Part shown: piece after piece, positions 7,916 through 18,000 of the stretch | Layout: the number at the start of each line of letters is the position of its first letter | Numbering within the stretch: the stretch's first letter is position 1 | NCBI GenBank assembly: GCA_041695225.1 | Contig: JBGFRI010000035.1 | Span: 1-64,000 of the forward strand | Origin: Deinococcota bacterium | GTDB lineage: Bacteria > Deinococcota > Deinococci > Deinococcales > Thermaceae | DNA: 64,000 nt | Direction: 5' to 3' | The notes under the pieces: model-generated | What the model saw: only the letters and a program-made list of their open reading frames with translations | Database searches by the model: none | Told to the model about the DNA's origin: nothing | Program-made: the position numbers and the translations under genes

Positions 7916-9148
7916 TCAGGCGGTGAAGCGCATGGCCTCGACCGGCTCGAGCCGGGCCGCTACCCGGGCGGGCCACCAGGCGGCCAGCAGGCCGGTGACC
8001 AGGGCAAAAATTAGCGTGACAATAGTATCCCCGGTGCTCAGGCTGAGATAGATGACCTGGGGTAGCCCAAACTCCCCACCCAGACCGCCATAGAGCTGGT
8101 CAAGCGAGAAGCCGCCCGCCAGGCCGGCTACCGTGAGCAGGCCCAGCGCCAAGCCCAGCAGCGCACCACTAACGCACAGCACCAGGCTTTCGGTTACCAC
8201 CATCCGGGTCATCCTGCCGGGGCCAGCCCCCAGGGCCACAATCACCCCCAGCTCGCGGGTGCGCTCGAGCAGGCCCAGATAGATGCTGTTGACCACCAGC
8301 AGCCCGGACAGGCCGAAAAAAATCGCTGCGAAGATCAGCATCATCGGGGCCATCAGGTCGAAGAGCTGGGCCAGGGCCGGGTCGGTCTCTCTCCAGGACT
8401 CGAGGCTCAGGCCCGGCTCCAGGCCAGCCCGCAGCTGGGCGATAATGGGGGTAAGCTGGGCATCTTGCTCAAAACGGGTGAAGGGAAAGTGCAGCTCGAT
8501 GCGGGTAGCGCTGCCGGGCGCGGCCAGCTCCTGGGCTGCTGCCAGCGAGATAAACGCGGCCCGGCGTTCGAGGCCGGCATCGGGAAAATGAAGCAAGCCC
8601 ACCAGCCGGTAGACGCCAGCCCCCCGCCCCTCGGTGCCCGGGGCAAAGACATAGACCGGCTGGCCCAGCTCCACCTCCAGAGCTCTAGCCAGCGAGGCCC
8701 CCAGGGCAATACCCTCCAGGTCGCCGTCTCTGGGCAGCTCACCTTCGGCCAGAAACTGCTGGGCGAAGCGCTGGCGCAGGCCCTCGGGCTGCTGGTTGCC
8801 GATCAGCAAGACTCCTCTGGAGCGAGTCTCGCCGGCCAGCAGCGCGGGTATTTCCAGGGTCACCACCCGCTCGGCGCCCGTCAGGGCGGCCAGCCTGGCC
8901 TCGACCCTTGCGGCCTGGGGTATCAACAGGTCGCGAAACTCGCGTTTGTCGCGGTAATCGGCCACCCGCACCTGCAGGTGCCCCACCGAGGCGGTGAGGT
9001 TGTTATACATGCTGTTTTCCATGGCCCGCAAAAAGCTCAGGAAAAACAGGGTGAAGAAGACCGCGAGCCCAACCGCCCCCAGGGTTATCAGGCTGCGCAA
9101 CCGGTGTCGCCAGATATTGCGCCAGGAAAGGGAAAACAGGCTAAACAC
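7916..9148 (-). CDS. FtsX/MacB-family ABC permease
   Basis: SWRNIWRHRLRSLIT start, ERTRELG motif, PARVAARLEPVEAMR end. Confidence 0.93.
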   Translation of the reverse strand: MFSLFSLSWRNIWRHRLRSLITLGAVGLAVFFTLFFLSFLRAMENSMYNNLTASVGHLQVRVADYRDKREFRDLLIPQAARVEARLAALTGAERVVTLEIPALLAGETRSRGVLLIGNQQPEGLRQRFAQQFLAEGELPRDGDLEGIALGASLARALEVELGQPVYVFAPGTEGRGAGVYRLVGLLHFPDAGLERRAAFISLAAAQELAAPGSATRIELHFPFTRFEQDAQLTPIIAQLRAGLEPGLSLESWRETDPALAQLFDLMAPMMLIFAAIFFGLSGLLVVNSIYLGLLERTRELGVIVALGAGPGRMTRMVVTESLVLCVSGALLGLALGLLTVAGLAGGFSLDQLYGGLGGEFGLPQVIYLSLSTGDTIVTLIFALVTGLLAAWWPARVAARLEPVEAMRFTA

Positions 9149-9241
9149 GGCGGCCCCCAGCGGTATACCTGCCAGTCGGGGCTGCCTGAGCTGGCCCGGC
9201 CCCGCCGAGTTCTGGCCCGATGAGCAATTTTATGGCAGCAG

Positions 9242-9970
9242 TTAGCATCCCACCTCCAGGGCCCTGATGGTAAAGCAGGCTTCGGGGATGGTTACGCCAA
9301 AGCGGTAGTTACTAAAAACCAGATTGGTGCGCTGGCCGGGCCGCAGCAGGTCTTCGACCTCGACCTGCAAAGGAACCTGGCGCCCCTGAACCTCGAGGTG
9401 CCGGGAAAAATTCAGGCGCCGCACCGCCCGACCCCGCTGGTCGTAATAGGTCATCTGCAGCAGGGCCAGATCAGGCCTGCTGGCCAGCACCACCACCCGG
9501 CCGTACGGGGTTGGGGCCAGCGGGGCGGGGGTCAGCTCCAGGGTGATCTGGGTCGGGGTCTGGGCGGTTATGCGAGGGGTAAAGTCTCGCTCCAGGTCGC
9601 GCCCCGCCAGATCGCCGTAGGAGAGGTCGGAGCCCAGAAAGCTGTCCCCCCGCCCCCCGGGCGGCAGGCGCAGCACCCGCCTCAGTACGGGGCTATAAAG
9701 CTGGATGCTCTCGCCAATGCGCAAGAAAGCCTGACCGGCCTCCCTTGCCGGCGCCCTGACCCAGATTATGGCCCGTTCGGCGCCGTCGGAGGCTATCTCT
9801 ATAACAAAGCGGGTAGTCCGTTCGGGGCGCACCACCTCCATGGTCAGGGTAGCCCGCAGGCTGCCCCCTCGCTGGCTGTCTACCACCGCCCGCAAGACTG
9901 CCTGGGGGTCGCTGGCAGCGGCGTGGCCCAGAGCAACCCAGACTAGCGCTAACAAAACTCCTGGTCTCAT
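9242..9970 (-). CDS. Outer-membrane lipoprotein-sorting (LolA-like) protein
   Basis: Signal peptide, SFLGSDLSYGDL motif, YYDQRG; lies between two FtsX-type permeases. Confidence 0.85.
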   Translation of the reverse strand: MRPGVLLALVWVALGHAAASDPQAVLRAVVDSQRGGSLRATLTMEVVRPERTTRFVIEIASDGAERAIIWVRAPAREAGQAFLRIGESIQLYSPVLRRVLRLPPGGRGDSFLGSDLSYGDLAGRDLERDFTPRITAQTPTQITLELTPAPLAPTPYGRVVVLASRPDLALLQMTYYDQRGRAVRRLNFSRHLEVQGRQVPLQVEVEDLLRPGQRTNLVFSNYRFGVTIPEACFTIRALEVGC

Positions 9971-9979
9971 AATTCTGCC

Positions 9980-11215
9980 TCACTCTGCCCGCATGGCCTC
10001 GGCGGGGTTGAGCAGCAGTACCCGCCGGGCCGGTATCAAGATGGAAAAAATTGCCGCCAGCAATATGGTCAGGGCCGCATACAGAGCGAAAAGAGGGCTC
10101 TGGGCGGTGTAGATCTGATCGCCGATAGCCATGATCTCGAAAGCCCCCCCAAAGCCGGTAAAAAGCGGCCCCAGTACATTGTGGGTGGCCATCCAGAAGT
10201 TGAGCCCATAGCCCAGGGCCAGCCCCACCACCCAGCCCAGGCCGGTAGCAAATACCGTTTCCAGGGTGACCAGCTGGGCCAGCCGGCGGGGGTTCAGGCC
10301 GATGGCTATGGCCATGCCAAACTCGCGGGTGCGCTCGAGCACACTCACCAGCACCGTGCTGGTCACTGCCAGCGCGGCCAGAATTGAGAAAATCAGGCCA
10401 ATCAAAAATGTACTGGCCGCCTCGGTCCGCAGGGCCTCGTAAAGGCCACCCAGCAGAACGGTCAGGTCGTAGGCCCGCACCCCTGGCGGCAGTATGGGTT
10501 GCAGGGCCTGGGCCACCTGGGCTTCCTGCCCGCGCCTGACCTCGAGGGCTACCCCGGTTGCCGTACCCAGGCCGGTCAAAAACCGGGCATCCTCAAGATG
10601 CACCATCACCAGGCCCCGGTCCACTAATACGATTCCCGAGTCCACCAGCCCCACCGCCAAGAGCCCCAGGGCCTGCGGCCCGGCCAGACCGCTAGTATCC
10701 AGTACCACCCGCTCGCCCAGCCTCACGTCTAGCTCCTGGGCCAGGGCGCGGCCCAGCACTATCTCGCCGGGGCCGGCCAGCATTCGCCCCTGCTCGATTG
10801 CAGCGGGAATATCGCTCACCCTGGCCTCGAGCCCCGGGTCTACCCCTCTGGCCTCGGCGGGGCTGGAGGCATAGGCCGAGCGGATCAGCCCTGCGAACTG
10901 AAGCCGGGGCGCCACCCCCAGCACACCTGGCTGGGCTGCTACCTGCGCCAGAAAGTCCAGACTGGCCAGCCCATGCGCGGGGTCGGGGTCGGCAAAGTGG
11001 GCCTGGGTGGAAATGAGCACCGGGGCAGCCAGAAAACGGGCATAGCCGTTCATGACGGACTGAGAATATCCATTGTTAATCCCCCAGAACAAAACAATGG
11101 TCAGGGTGGCATAGGCCACCACCAGCACCAGCAGCCAGGTTCGCCGCCGGTGCCGCCAGAGGTTGCGCCAGGCCAGCCGGGGCAAGGCCCTGGAGTCTGC
11201 GCTTTTTTTGATCAA
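9980..11215 (-). CDS. FtsX/MacB-family ABC permease
   Basis: LAWRNLWRHRRRT, ERTREFG, NPAEAMR; TTG start after purine-rich RBS. Confidence 0.92.
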   Translation of the reverse strand: MIKKSADSRALPRLAWRNLWRHRRRTWLLVLVVAYATLTIVLFWGINNGYSQSVMNGYARFLAAPVLISTQAHFADPDPAHGLASLDFLAQVAAQPGVLGVAPRLQFAGLIRSAYASSPAEARGVDPGLEARVSDIPAAIEQGRMLAGPGEIVLGRALAQELDVRLGERVVLDTSGLAGPQALGLLAVGLVDSGIVLVDRGLVMVHLEDARFLTGLGTATGVALEVRRGQEAQVAQALQPILPPGVRAYDLTVLLGGLYEALRTEAASTFLIGLIFSILAALAVTSTVLVSVLERTREFGMAIAIGLNPRRLAQLVTLETVFATGLGWVVGLALGYGLNFWMATHNVLGPLFTGFGGAFEIMAIGDQIYTAQSPLFALYAALTILLAAIFSILIPARRVLLLNPAEAMRAE

Positions 11216-11381
11216 GTAGACCCCCCTTCTAGCCGATAGGATGGCAGACCGGCCAGTCCAGCGCCAGGGACAAATGAACACACAGAACCAGTCCATAGCG
11301 TTCATCATCTGCCAAATGATTACCCGGGTCAGTCTGGCCCCAACCCGGGTTTTGCTAAGGCTTTAGCACAACACCTGGCTT

Positions 11382-11822
11382 TTACTGGGCTTTGATCGGG
11401 ATGGCTTTGGTCTTGGCGGCCTCGCTCTTGGGCAGGGTCAGGGTCAGCACCCCGTTTTCAAAAACGGCCTCGGCCTTGTCGGTCTCGACCTCGCTGGGCA
11501 GCGCCACCGAGCGCTCAAAGCGGGTGTAGCGGTGCTCGCGTAGGTGATAGTTGCGCTCTTTCTTCTCTTCCTCCTTTTTGCTTTCACCGTAAATCCGGAG
11601 CAGATCCCCCCGCACCTCGACCTTGATCTCTTCGGGTTTAAGGCCGGGAATCGAGGCTTTTACCATCAGGTTGTTGCCTTCCTCCCAGATGTCGAGCGGA
11701 GGGGAGGCGGCTTCTTTTTCCAGATAAGAAAAGTCGCGCCGGAGCAGGTTTTCGTCGAACAGACGCTCGAGCTCTTTTCTCATGGTCTCTACCTCGCGCC
11801 AGGGGTTAAAACGGGCTAACAT
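11382..11822 (-). CDS. Hsp20/alpha-crystallin small heat-shock protein
   Basis: PPLDIWE, ASIPG, FERSVALP, AVFENGVLTLTLPK; AAGGAGG RBS. Confidence 0.95.
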   Translation of the reverse strand: MLARFNPWREVETMRKELERLFDENLLRRDFSYLEKEAASPPLDIWEEGNNLMVKASIPGLKPEEIKVEVRGDLLRIYGESKKEEEKKERNYHLREHRYTRFERSVALPSEVETDKAEAVFENGVLTLTLPKSEAAKTKAIPIKAQ

Positions 11823-11968
11823 ACTATTCCTCCTTGTTGTGTGGTGTGCGGCGGCTACACACCTGCTGTAAGCTATGAGACCTTCTCGGAGCAACGGGCT
11901 GCCGCCCTGACCGAAGCCTCGAGGTACTCAACAAACGTCTGTGTCTGCACCCTCACCTGCGGCTCTGG

Positions 11969-12898
11969 CTAAACCGGGGATTCTCCGGCCTCGAGGTCAG
12001 ACTGGGCGGGGCGCACCAGCAACAGAGGTACGGGTGCCTGGTGGGATACCCCTTCGGCCACACTGCCCAGCAGCAGGCGCTCGAGGCCGCTACGCCCGTG
12101 GGTACCCATCACAATCAGGTCGCTCTGGTGGTCGCGGGCGTAGTCCACAATCACCTCGGCCAGGTGCCTAGTGTGGGACTGGAGCAGATCCACCCTCACC
12201 CTGGGGGCCTTGGCCTGACGTTTTGCGCTCTCCAGGATGGTCTCCCCCTCGTCCGATAGGGCTTTTAGGGTGTCTTGCCAGTTGTAAAGCGCAACTGCCC
12301 CGCTACTCCAGGGCTCACTGAGCGGCGTAGTCACGGAGGGAATCACGTGCAGAATCTGCAACTCGGCCCCAAGCAGCACGGCTAACTGGTCGGCCAGGTC
12401 AAAAGCTGCCAGACCGGCCAGGCTACCATCAATGGGAGCCAGGATACGCGCGAACACCCCGGTGCTGGGCATCACCTGCCCATCCCCCCGAACAAGCATG
12501 ACCGGCATTTTGGCCAGCCGGCTGACCCGCTCGGCCACACTACCCAATAACAGCCGCCCCAGACCCCGGCGCCCATGAGTCCCCAGCACAATCAGATCGC
12601 AACTGCTAAGGTTGGCCAGGTGGACAATACTCTCGGCAGTCTCGTCACCCTTCACTAGCTCTGTGCGAATATCTAGTTGCATCTCGTGTCCAAGTGCCGC
12701 CCAGGGCTTGAGAATTTCCCGAGCATGTTGCCTCATGGACTCGGTGGGTTCGATCAGGCCCCAGTAGGCAGATGGGATTATTAGAACATGGGCCACCAGC
12801 ACGCCGGAGCCTAGCCGGCTGGCCAGGGCCAGGCCCACCCGTCCGGCTCGCTCGCTACAGGACGAACCATCCACTGCGATCAGAATCTTGCGGAACAT
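11969..12898 (-). CDS. Tandem-domain universal stress protein
   Basis: Two USP domains (KILIAVDGS...DLIVLGTHGR..LGSVAE; RILAPIDGS...DLIVMGTHGR..LGSVAE). Confidence 0.95.
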   Translation of the reverse strand: MFRKILIAVDGSSCSERAGRVGLALASRLGSGVLVAHVLIIPSAYWGLIEPTESMRQHAREILKPWAALGHEMQLDIRTELVKGDETAESIVHLANLSSCDLIVLGTHGRRGLGRLLLGSVAERVSRLAKMPVMLVRGDGQVMPSTGVFARILAPIDGSLAGLAAFDLADQLAVLLGAELQILHVIPSVTTPLSEPWSSGAVALYNWQDTLKALSDEGETILESAKRQAKAPRVRVDLLQSHTRHLAEVIVDYARDHQSDLIVMGTHGRSGLERLLLGSVAEGVSHQAPVPLLLVRPAQSDLEAGESPV

Positions 12899-12943
12899 AG
12901 CTTCCTCCATACAAAGATTTAGTACGAGACTGTTACCAGAGCA

Positions 12944-14080
12944 TTACCAGCGCGAGAGCCCCGCCAGGCCGCCAAAGGCCCGGTGTAACCGTTCCTCGGC
13001 GGGCCCGCAGACAAACTCGAGGCGGGTCCCATACGAGGCCGCTAGCTCGGGCAGCACCTGCTTCAGCTCTACCTCTTCGATCTGGCTGGCTCCGTGGGCC
13101 GCTGCGCCCTGGGCGCTGGCGCCCACCCAGCCATCTGGGGCGCGGTAAACCCTGCCCTGAGGGTTCCAGGGTGCTACCAGCAGATGCAGCCCCCCTTGCT
13201 GCAATAGCTCCAGGGTCTGATCTAGCCCGGCCACCCCGCGCTCGGCCAGCTCATCCAGAAGCCGGTTTTCTCTTTCGCGCTGTAGAGGTTCTAGAACGCT
13301 TTGCACTAGCCCCAGCACCTCGCCAGCCTGGGTTAAGGGGGTGGGCAGCGAAGGCAGGGTGGCCAGCAATTTTTCACGCAGAGAGCGGGGCAGCATCTCC
13401 TGGAAAACCTGCACCTCGGCCTTCTGCCCGACCAACAACAACCGCTGGATATTGCGCTCTGAGACGGTTTGTTCCAGTACCCCAACCATCTGCTTGTAAA
13501 ACCGGTGGGTCCAGACATCCATCCGGCGCTCGAAGCGGTCGGTATTGGCGGCCGCACGGCTGGAGGGCCCTGCGCCGTAGCGCCGCCCTTTGCTATCCTG
13601 GCTCAGGCGGCTCCAGTCCTGGGTAGAGACCGCCCTGAAAGCGCCCGGTAGCTCCTCGATCTCGCCTAAAAATACCTCGAACATCCGCCACTTTTGGCTA
13701 TCCAAGAAGACCACACCCACCCGTTCGTTCTCGTCCAAGACATAAAGAATTGGGGTCAGATAGGTCTCTCCCCAGCGGGCCTCGACCCCATCCACCAGGG
13801 GCAGGTCTACTTGTAGGTTGTAGGTCTCCATCCAGCCATTGGTAGCAAAGATGGCCCGGCTGCGGGCCTGAGGTGCGTCGTGCTCGAGCGACCCCAAGAC
13901 CCTTTTGCTTACATCGGCAGGAGCACCCGCGGTTTTGAGGGCATTCCTGGCTCGCAGTACATAGGCCTTGCCCTGGTTGCTCTGGTTGGCGGGGTTAACG
14001 TCGAGATACAGCGACAATACCGGGGCCGCCCTGGGGACCAAAGACTCGCGGATATAGCGGACACCTTCCTGGGTTAGCAT
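12944..14080 (-). CDS. Bacterial archaeo-eukaryotic release factor (baeRF/aeRF1-like) family protein
   Basis: PVLSLYLDVNP start, RLLLVG central motif, C-terminal L7Ae-like segment ending GGLAGLSRW; AAGGAGG RBS. Confidence 0.8.
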   Translation of the reverse strand: MLTQEGVRYIRESLVPRAAPVLSLYLDVNPANQSNQGKAYVLRARNALKTAGAPADVSKRVLGSLEHDAPQARSRAIFATNGWMETYNLQVDLPLVDGVEARWGETYLTPILYVLDENERVGVVFLDSQKWRMFEVFLGEIEELPGAFRAVSTQDWSRLSQDSKGRRYGAGPSSRAAANTDRFERRMDVWTHRFYKQMVGVLEQTVSERNIQRLLLVGQKAEVQVFQEMLPRSLREKLLATLPSLPTPLTQAGEVLGLVQSVLEPLQRERENRLLDELAERGVAGLDQTLELLQQGGLHLLVAPWNPQGRVYRAPDGWVGASAQGAAAHGASQIEEVELKQVLPELAASYGTRLEFVCGPAEERLHRAFGGLAGLSRW

Positions 14081-14576
14081 CGCGACCTCCTTACACCCAC
14101 ACACGGTTAGCTATCGCATCCATGGTAGAAACTTCTACCCTGCCCGGCTTTATTCAACCCTGGAGCGATTAACTAGCCATTACCGCGCCAGGTGCAGCGG
14201 TGGGCGTGGCTGGTAGCAAGTAAGAGTGCAGTAGGCCTTGCTGTGCTTGATCTGGTTGACCAGTTCGTGGGTCTCGGGCATGGGCGTGTGGCCTACCTCC
14301 TCACAAAGGAATTTTACCATGAAGACGGTAGTGCTCAATGTCCCGGTTCGATACATCTGAGACTGGTGGTTCGGTAGAGTCTGCCCTGCCTGCCCTGAGC
14401 AAAGCCGAAGGGAGGCTGTTCAAGGACGACGGTCGAAGGTCGAATGGGCCAGCGCTGATTTGGGCCCAGCAAGGTACCCTGGTGGCCAAGGGCTATCTTG
14501 CACCAGGTCCAGGCCCATTCGGGCTACTTTGAACCCTATGCGAGAGGTTTAGCGCCTTAGCTTCTGTTTTGTCTAG

Positions 14577-14831
14577 AGGGTATTCAGAAAAATGCCAGGA
14601 CGCCCAGTCTCTTGAGGAGAACTTCCAGCGAGACCGGTAGCTGAAAGGACGGCACTCCGGGCCCCCTCTCCCAAGCTTGGGAGAGGGTTGGGGTGAGGGT
14701 TGAATGATGCCCATGACGCCATGGTTCGCTGCGCTCACCCCCCTCACCCAGCCTCTCCCACCGAGGCGAGTCGCTTACGCGATTCCGGCAAAGCCGTAAC
14801 CTAAGGGGAGAGGAGATTTCTCGAACGCCCT
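14577..14831 (+). mobile_element. MITE-like element copy 1 with internal REP-like palindromes
   Basis: Imperfect terminal inverted repeats AGGGTATTCAGAAA / TTTCTCGAACGCCCT flanked by CTAG on both sides; internal CCCTCTCCCAAGCTTGGGAGAGGG; collinear with 18001-18212. Confidence 0.72.
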
Positions 14832-15485
14832 CTAGCGCAGCCTGAGTGGGCTGGCCCGGATTTCGTTGTACAAGTTAGTATCAGGCAGCACCACACCCTG
14901 GGCCGGATTGAAGCGCACATAGCTAACCAGCCGGTTATTCCAGTAAACCGGAAACTGTACCCCTGAAGCAGTGGGTAGGCCAAATGTACTGACAGAAAGC
15001 TGCGAGGCCTGTGAACGGAGGGTGTTTAAGTACGTGCGCAGTTGGGCCTGGGTGAGCGGCGGCATATTCAGGGAGATGTTGCGAGCCTCGTAAGGTACGG
15101 GCTGGCCGGTCTTGGGGTTCAGGGTGATGGCCCCCACGGTCTGCCCCTGGAATTCCAGGCTCACCCGCAGGGCTTGCTGGCGGTTGCCGCGCTGCACCAC
15201 CCAGATGGTGCCCAGAGCCATCTCGCGCTTTAGACTGCGGAAGACCTCGAGCCCAGAGGGCTCCTGCTGCGGAGGGCGCTCCTCCTGGCGGTCATCATCG
15301 TCTTCATCCTCATCATCGTCGTCATCGTCAGGGTCGGCCAGCACTGTACCAGATATGCCAAGCAGGCCCAGTGGGGCGAGCCGAAGCATGGCCGGGCCTG
15401 CCAGGCTGCCACAAAGCAAGAGCAGGCTTATAAAAATATGAAGCCAGCCAGCCCTAGCCATAAGGCTCGCTTCAGCGACCGCCAT
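14832..15485 (-). CDS. Exported/membrane-anchored protein with a poly-Asp/Glu tract
   Basis: GGAGG RBS, start overlaps the kinase stop, hydrophobic N-terminus, DPDDDDDDEDEDDDD tract. Confidence 0.75.
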   Translation of the reverse strand: MAVAEASLMARAGWLHIFISLLLLCGSLAGPAMLRLAPLGLLGISGTVLADPDDDDDDEDEDDDDRQEERPPQQEPSGLEVFRSLKREMALGTIWVVQRGNRQQALRVSLEFQGQTVGAITLNPKTGQPVPYEARNISLNMPPLTQAQLRTYLNTLRSQASQLSVSTFGLPTASGVQFPVYWNNRLVSYVRFNPAQGVVLPDTNLYNEIRASPLRLR

Positions 15486-16896
15486 GAGGCCCCTCCGGCA
15501 GATCCAGCGAAAAAACCGCTCCACCACCCAGATGGTCCCGTACCTGGGCCTTGCCCTGATGCAGGCGAGCCACCTGCGCCACAATTGAAAGCCCCAGCCC
15601 CACCCCCCTGGAGCGTTCTCCCTTGTGGAAGCGCTCGAAAATTTCCGCTCGCTTTTCGGGGGGAACTCCCGGGCCGGTATCCCAGACCAGCAGATGCACC
15701 CGGCCCTCTCTGCTCTCGGCCCTGAGGCCCACCTCGCCCTTATCGGTGTAGGTTATAGCGTTAGAAAGCATGTTGCCCACGGCTCTGGCAACCAGCCCGG
15801 CATCGCCGTGAACCTGGAGGCTGGGAGGTATCTCGACCCGGAGTTCCAGCCCTTTGGCGGCTGCGGCTCTGGCCTGAGGAGGCAGGATGGTCTCGAGTGC
15901 GTCCAGCAGTCCAAAGGTACTGAAGGGGCTGGCTAGCCCGGCTTCCAGGCGGGAGAGGGTGAGCAGGTCTTCGGCCAGCCGGGTCAGGCGGTTGACCTCG
16001 GCGCGCATCCGCTCTAGGGTCTCTTTGTACTCCTGGGCGTTGCGGTCACGGCGCAGGGTGACCTCGAGGTCGCCTTTTAGTACGGTGAGCGGGGTGCGCA
16101 GGTCGTGGGCGGCGTCGGCGGTAAAGCGGCGCTGTGCATCCACCAGGTTTTCCAGGCGCCCCAGCATGGCGTTGAGCCGTTGCTTGAGTTGTCCGATTTC
16201 GTCTTTGCCCTGGTCGGCGGGAATGCGGCTCTCGAGCTCGCCTGCCTCGACCCGGCGGGCGGTTAGGGAGATCTCCCGCAAGGGCCGGGTGACATGCCGG
16301 GCCAGCAGGTAGCCTACCCCGATCGAGAGCAGGCTCCCCAGCCCCAGCCAGATCAACAGGCTGTCCCGCAAGCGGCCCAGCGCCTGGGCCGTACCCTGGT
16401 CGGTGGCCTTTAGTTTTACGATATAGGCGGTGCGAAAAGCCGACTCGGCAGTAATGATGGGGAAAAGTACCGCCCGCTTTTGATCTACAACCGGAAATGG
16501 GGAAAGAGCCAGCTGCCAGAAAGCAGGGGAGTTTGGGCTTTCCACCACATACGACGCAATACCGCCCGCTAAAGCCTTTTCGAGCTGTTCAGCGGGGATA
16601 GGCCCGGTTTTTCCATCTGGCGAGATGGCCTGCAAAATTTCACCCTCGGTATCCAGCAAAAAAACCTCTGGGCTTTCGATCTGCTTGCGGATGGGGGCGG
16701 GTGGCAGAGCCTGGAGTTCTACGCCCTCAGGGCCAATGGCCAGCTGGGCATAAGCCGCAGCCAGGCGGGCTAGGTCTTCTTCGAAATCGGCTTGCAGGTC
16801 GCGGGCCAGGTGGAGATAAAGCGTGATCCCAAAACCCAGCAAGACTGCCGCAAGCGCCAGGGTGTAGACCAGGGTAAGCCTTACCTGAAGAGACAT
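15472..16896 (-). CDS. HAMP-domain sensor histidine kinase
   Basis: Two TM segments, HAMP, H-box AAHDLRTPL, N/G boxes NAITY, DTGPG, GLGL. Confidence 0.96.
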   Translation of the reverse strand: MSLQVRLTLVYTLALAAVLLGFGITLYLHLARDLQADFEEDLARLAAAYAQLAIGPEGVELQALPPAPIRKQIESPEVFLLDTEGEILQAISPDGKTGPIPAEQLEKALAGGIASYVVESPNSPAFWQLALSPFPVVDQKRAVLFPIITAESAFRTAYIVKLKATDQGTAQALGRLRDSLLIWLGLGSLLSIGVGYLLARHVTRPLREISLTARRVEAGELESRIPADQGKDEIGQLKQRLNAMLGRLENLVDAQRRFTADAAHDLRTPLTVLKGDLEVTLRRDRNAQEYKETLERMRAEVNRLTRLAEDLLTLSRLEAGLASPFSTFGLLDALETILPPQARAAAAKGLELRVEIPPSLQVHGDAGLVARAVGNMLSNAITYTDKGEVGLRAESREGRVHLLVWDTGPGVPPEKRAEIFERFHKGERSRGVGLGLSIVAQVARLHQGKAQVRDHLGGGAVFSLDLPEGPHGGR

Positions 16897-17568
16897 CTAG
16901 GGCTCCGACCGCCGCAGTACATAGCCCATTCCGCGCACCGTGCAAATTAGCGGTTGGGCGAAGGGCTTGTCTACCTTGCTGCGCAAATATGAGATGTATA
17001 CATCTACCACATTGGAATCCAGGCCGCTCTCACCGGCCCAGACTGCCTCGGCGATGCGGGTGCGGGAGAGAATTTGCTCGGGGTGACGCATCAGATATTC
17101 CAGTAAAGCATACTCGCGGGCCGAAAGCTCGAGCACCTTTCCCGCCCGCTCGGCCCGGTGTTTGGCCGGGTCCAGGCTAAGGTCTGCGTACTGCAATACG
17201 AGCTCGCCACCCCCGCGGCGGGACAGGGCCCGCAGGCGGGCCAGCAATTCGTCAAACTCAAAAGGCTTGGTCAGATAGTCGTCGGCCCCTGCATCCAGAC
17301 CGCTCACCTTGTCCTTGAGGCTGTCCCGCGCCGTTAGCATCAGGATGGCAGCCCGAACCCCCAGCTTGCGCATCTCGCGGGCCGCCGAGACCCCGTCGCG
17401 GCGGGGCAGCATGTAATCCAGCACCACCAGGTCGTAATCGGTGGTGGCAGCCCGGTAGACTGCCTCTTCGCCGTCGGGACAGGCGTCCACGGTATAGCCT
17501 TCTTCGGATAGCCCCCTTACCAGCACGGCCGAGAGTTGCTCGTTATCCTCTACCACCAGTACCCTCAT
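16897..17568 (-). CDS. OmpR-family response regulator
   Basis: RVLVVED, LDYMLP, GADDYLTKPF, TVRGMGY. Confidence 0.97.
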   Translation of the reverse strand: MRVLVVEDNEQLSAVLVRGLSEEGYTVDACPDGEEAVYRAATTDYDLVVLDYMLPRRDGVSAAREMRKLGVRAAILMLTARDSLKDKVSGLDAGADDYLTKPFEFDELLARLRALSRRGGGELVLQYADLSLDPAKHRAERAGKVLELSAREYALLEYLMRHPEQILSRTRIAEAVWAGESGLDSNVVDVYISYLRSKVDKPFAQPLICTVRGMGYVLRRSEP

Positions 17569-17572
17569 ATTG

Positions 17573-17941
17573 TTAGATGTACCTCAGCCCAGGATGGGAA
17601 AAATGGGTCTCGTCGAGACTTGTCTCTGAAGAAAATCCGACCAGCGGGGGTGTCTTTAGGGGTTCCAGCTCAATCAGGGTAGGTCGAACCGGCAGGCGAG
17701 TTACTTCCCGCAAAACCCAGTGCGGCCCCTTTTTGAAGATCACCAACTGCATCCGCTTGTTTAGCCGCAAATTGGATACTCCGCAGGAATGCTCCTCTAC
17801 CTGGATGATGTAGGCTTCTACCCAGACTGCGCGAAGTTTTCTGGCGTACCATTCCAGTCCGGTAACCAGACCCTCGAGGGTGCGAGACTCGCCTGCCCGC
17901 CTTGCCAACCAGTTCATGGTCCGAAGATAAGCAGAACTCAT
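17573..17941 (-). CDS. Hypothetical protein (122 aa)
   Basis: RBS-like AAGAGGGG before ATG; stop 4 nt before the response-regulator start. Confidence 0.55.
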   Translation of the reverse strand: MSSAYLRTMNWLARRAGESRTLEGLVTGLEWYARKLRAVWVEAYIIQVEEHSCGVSNLRLNKRMQLVIFKKGPHWVLREVTRLPVRPTLIELEPLKTPPLVGFSSETSLDETHFSHPGLRYI

Positions 17942-18000
17942 TGCCCCTCTTTTAGCCAGAGATTAACCCCTTCTAATCTTGCCGACCCTACCCTTGCTAA

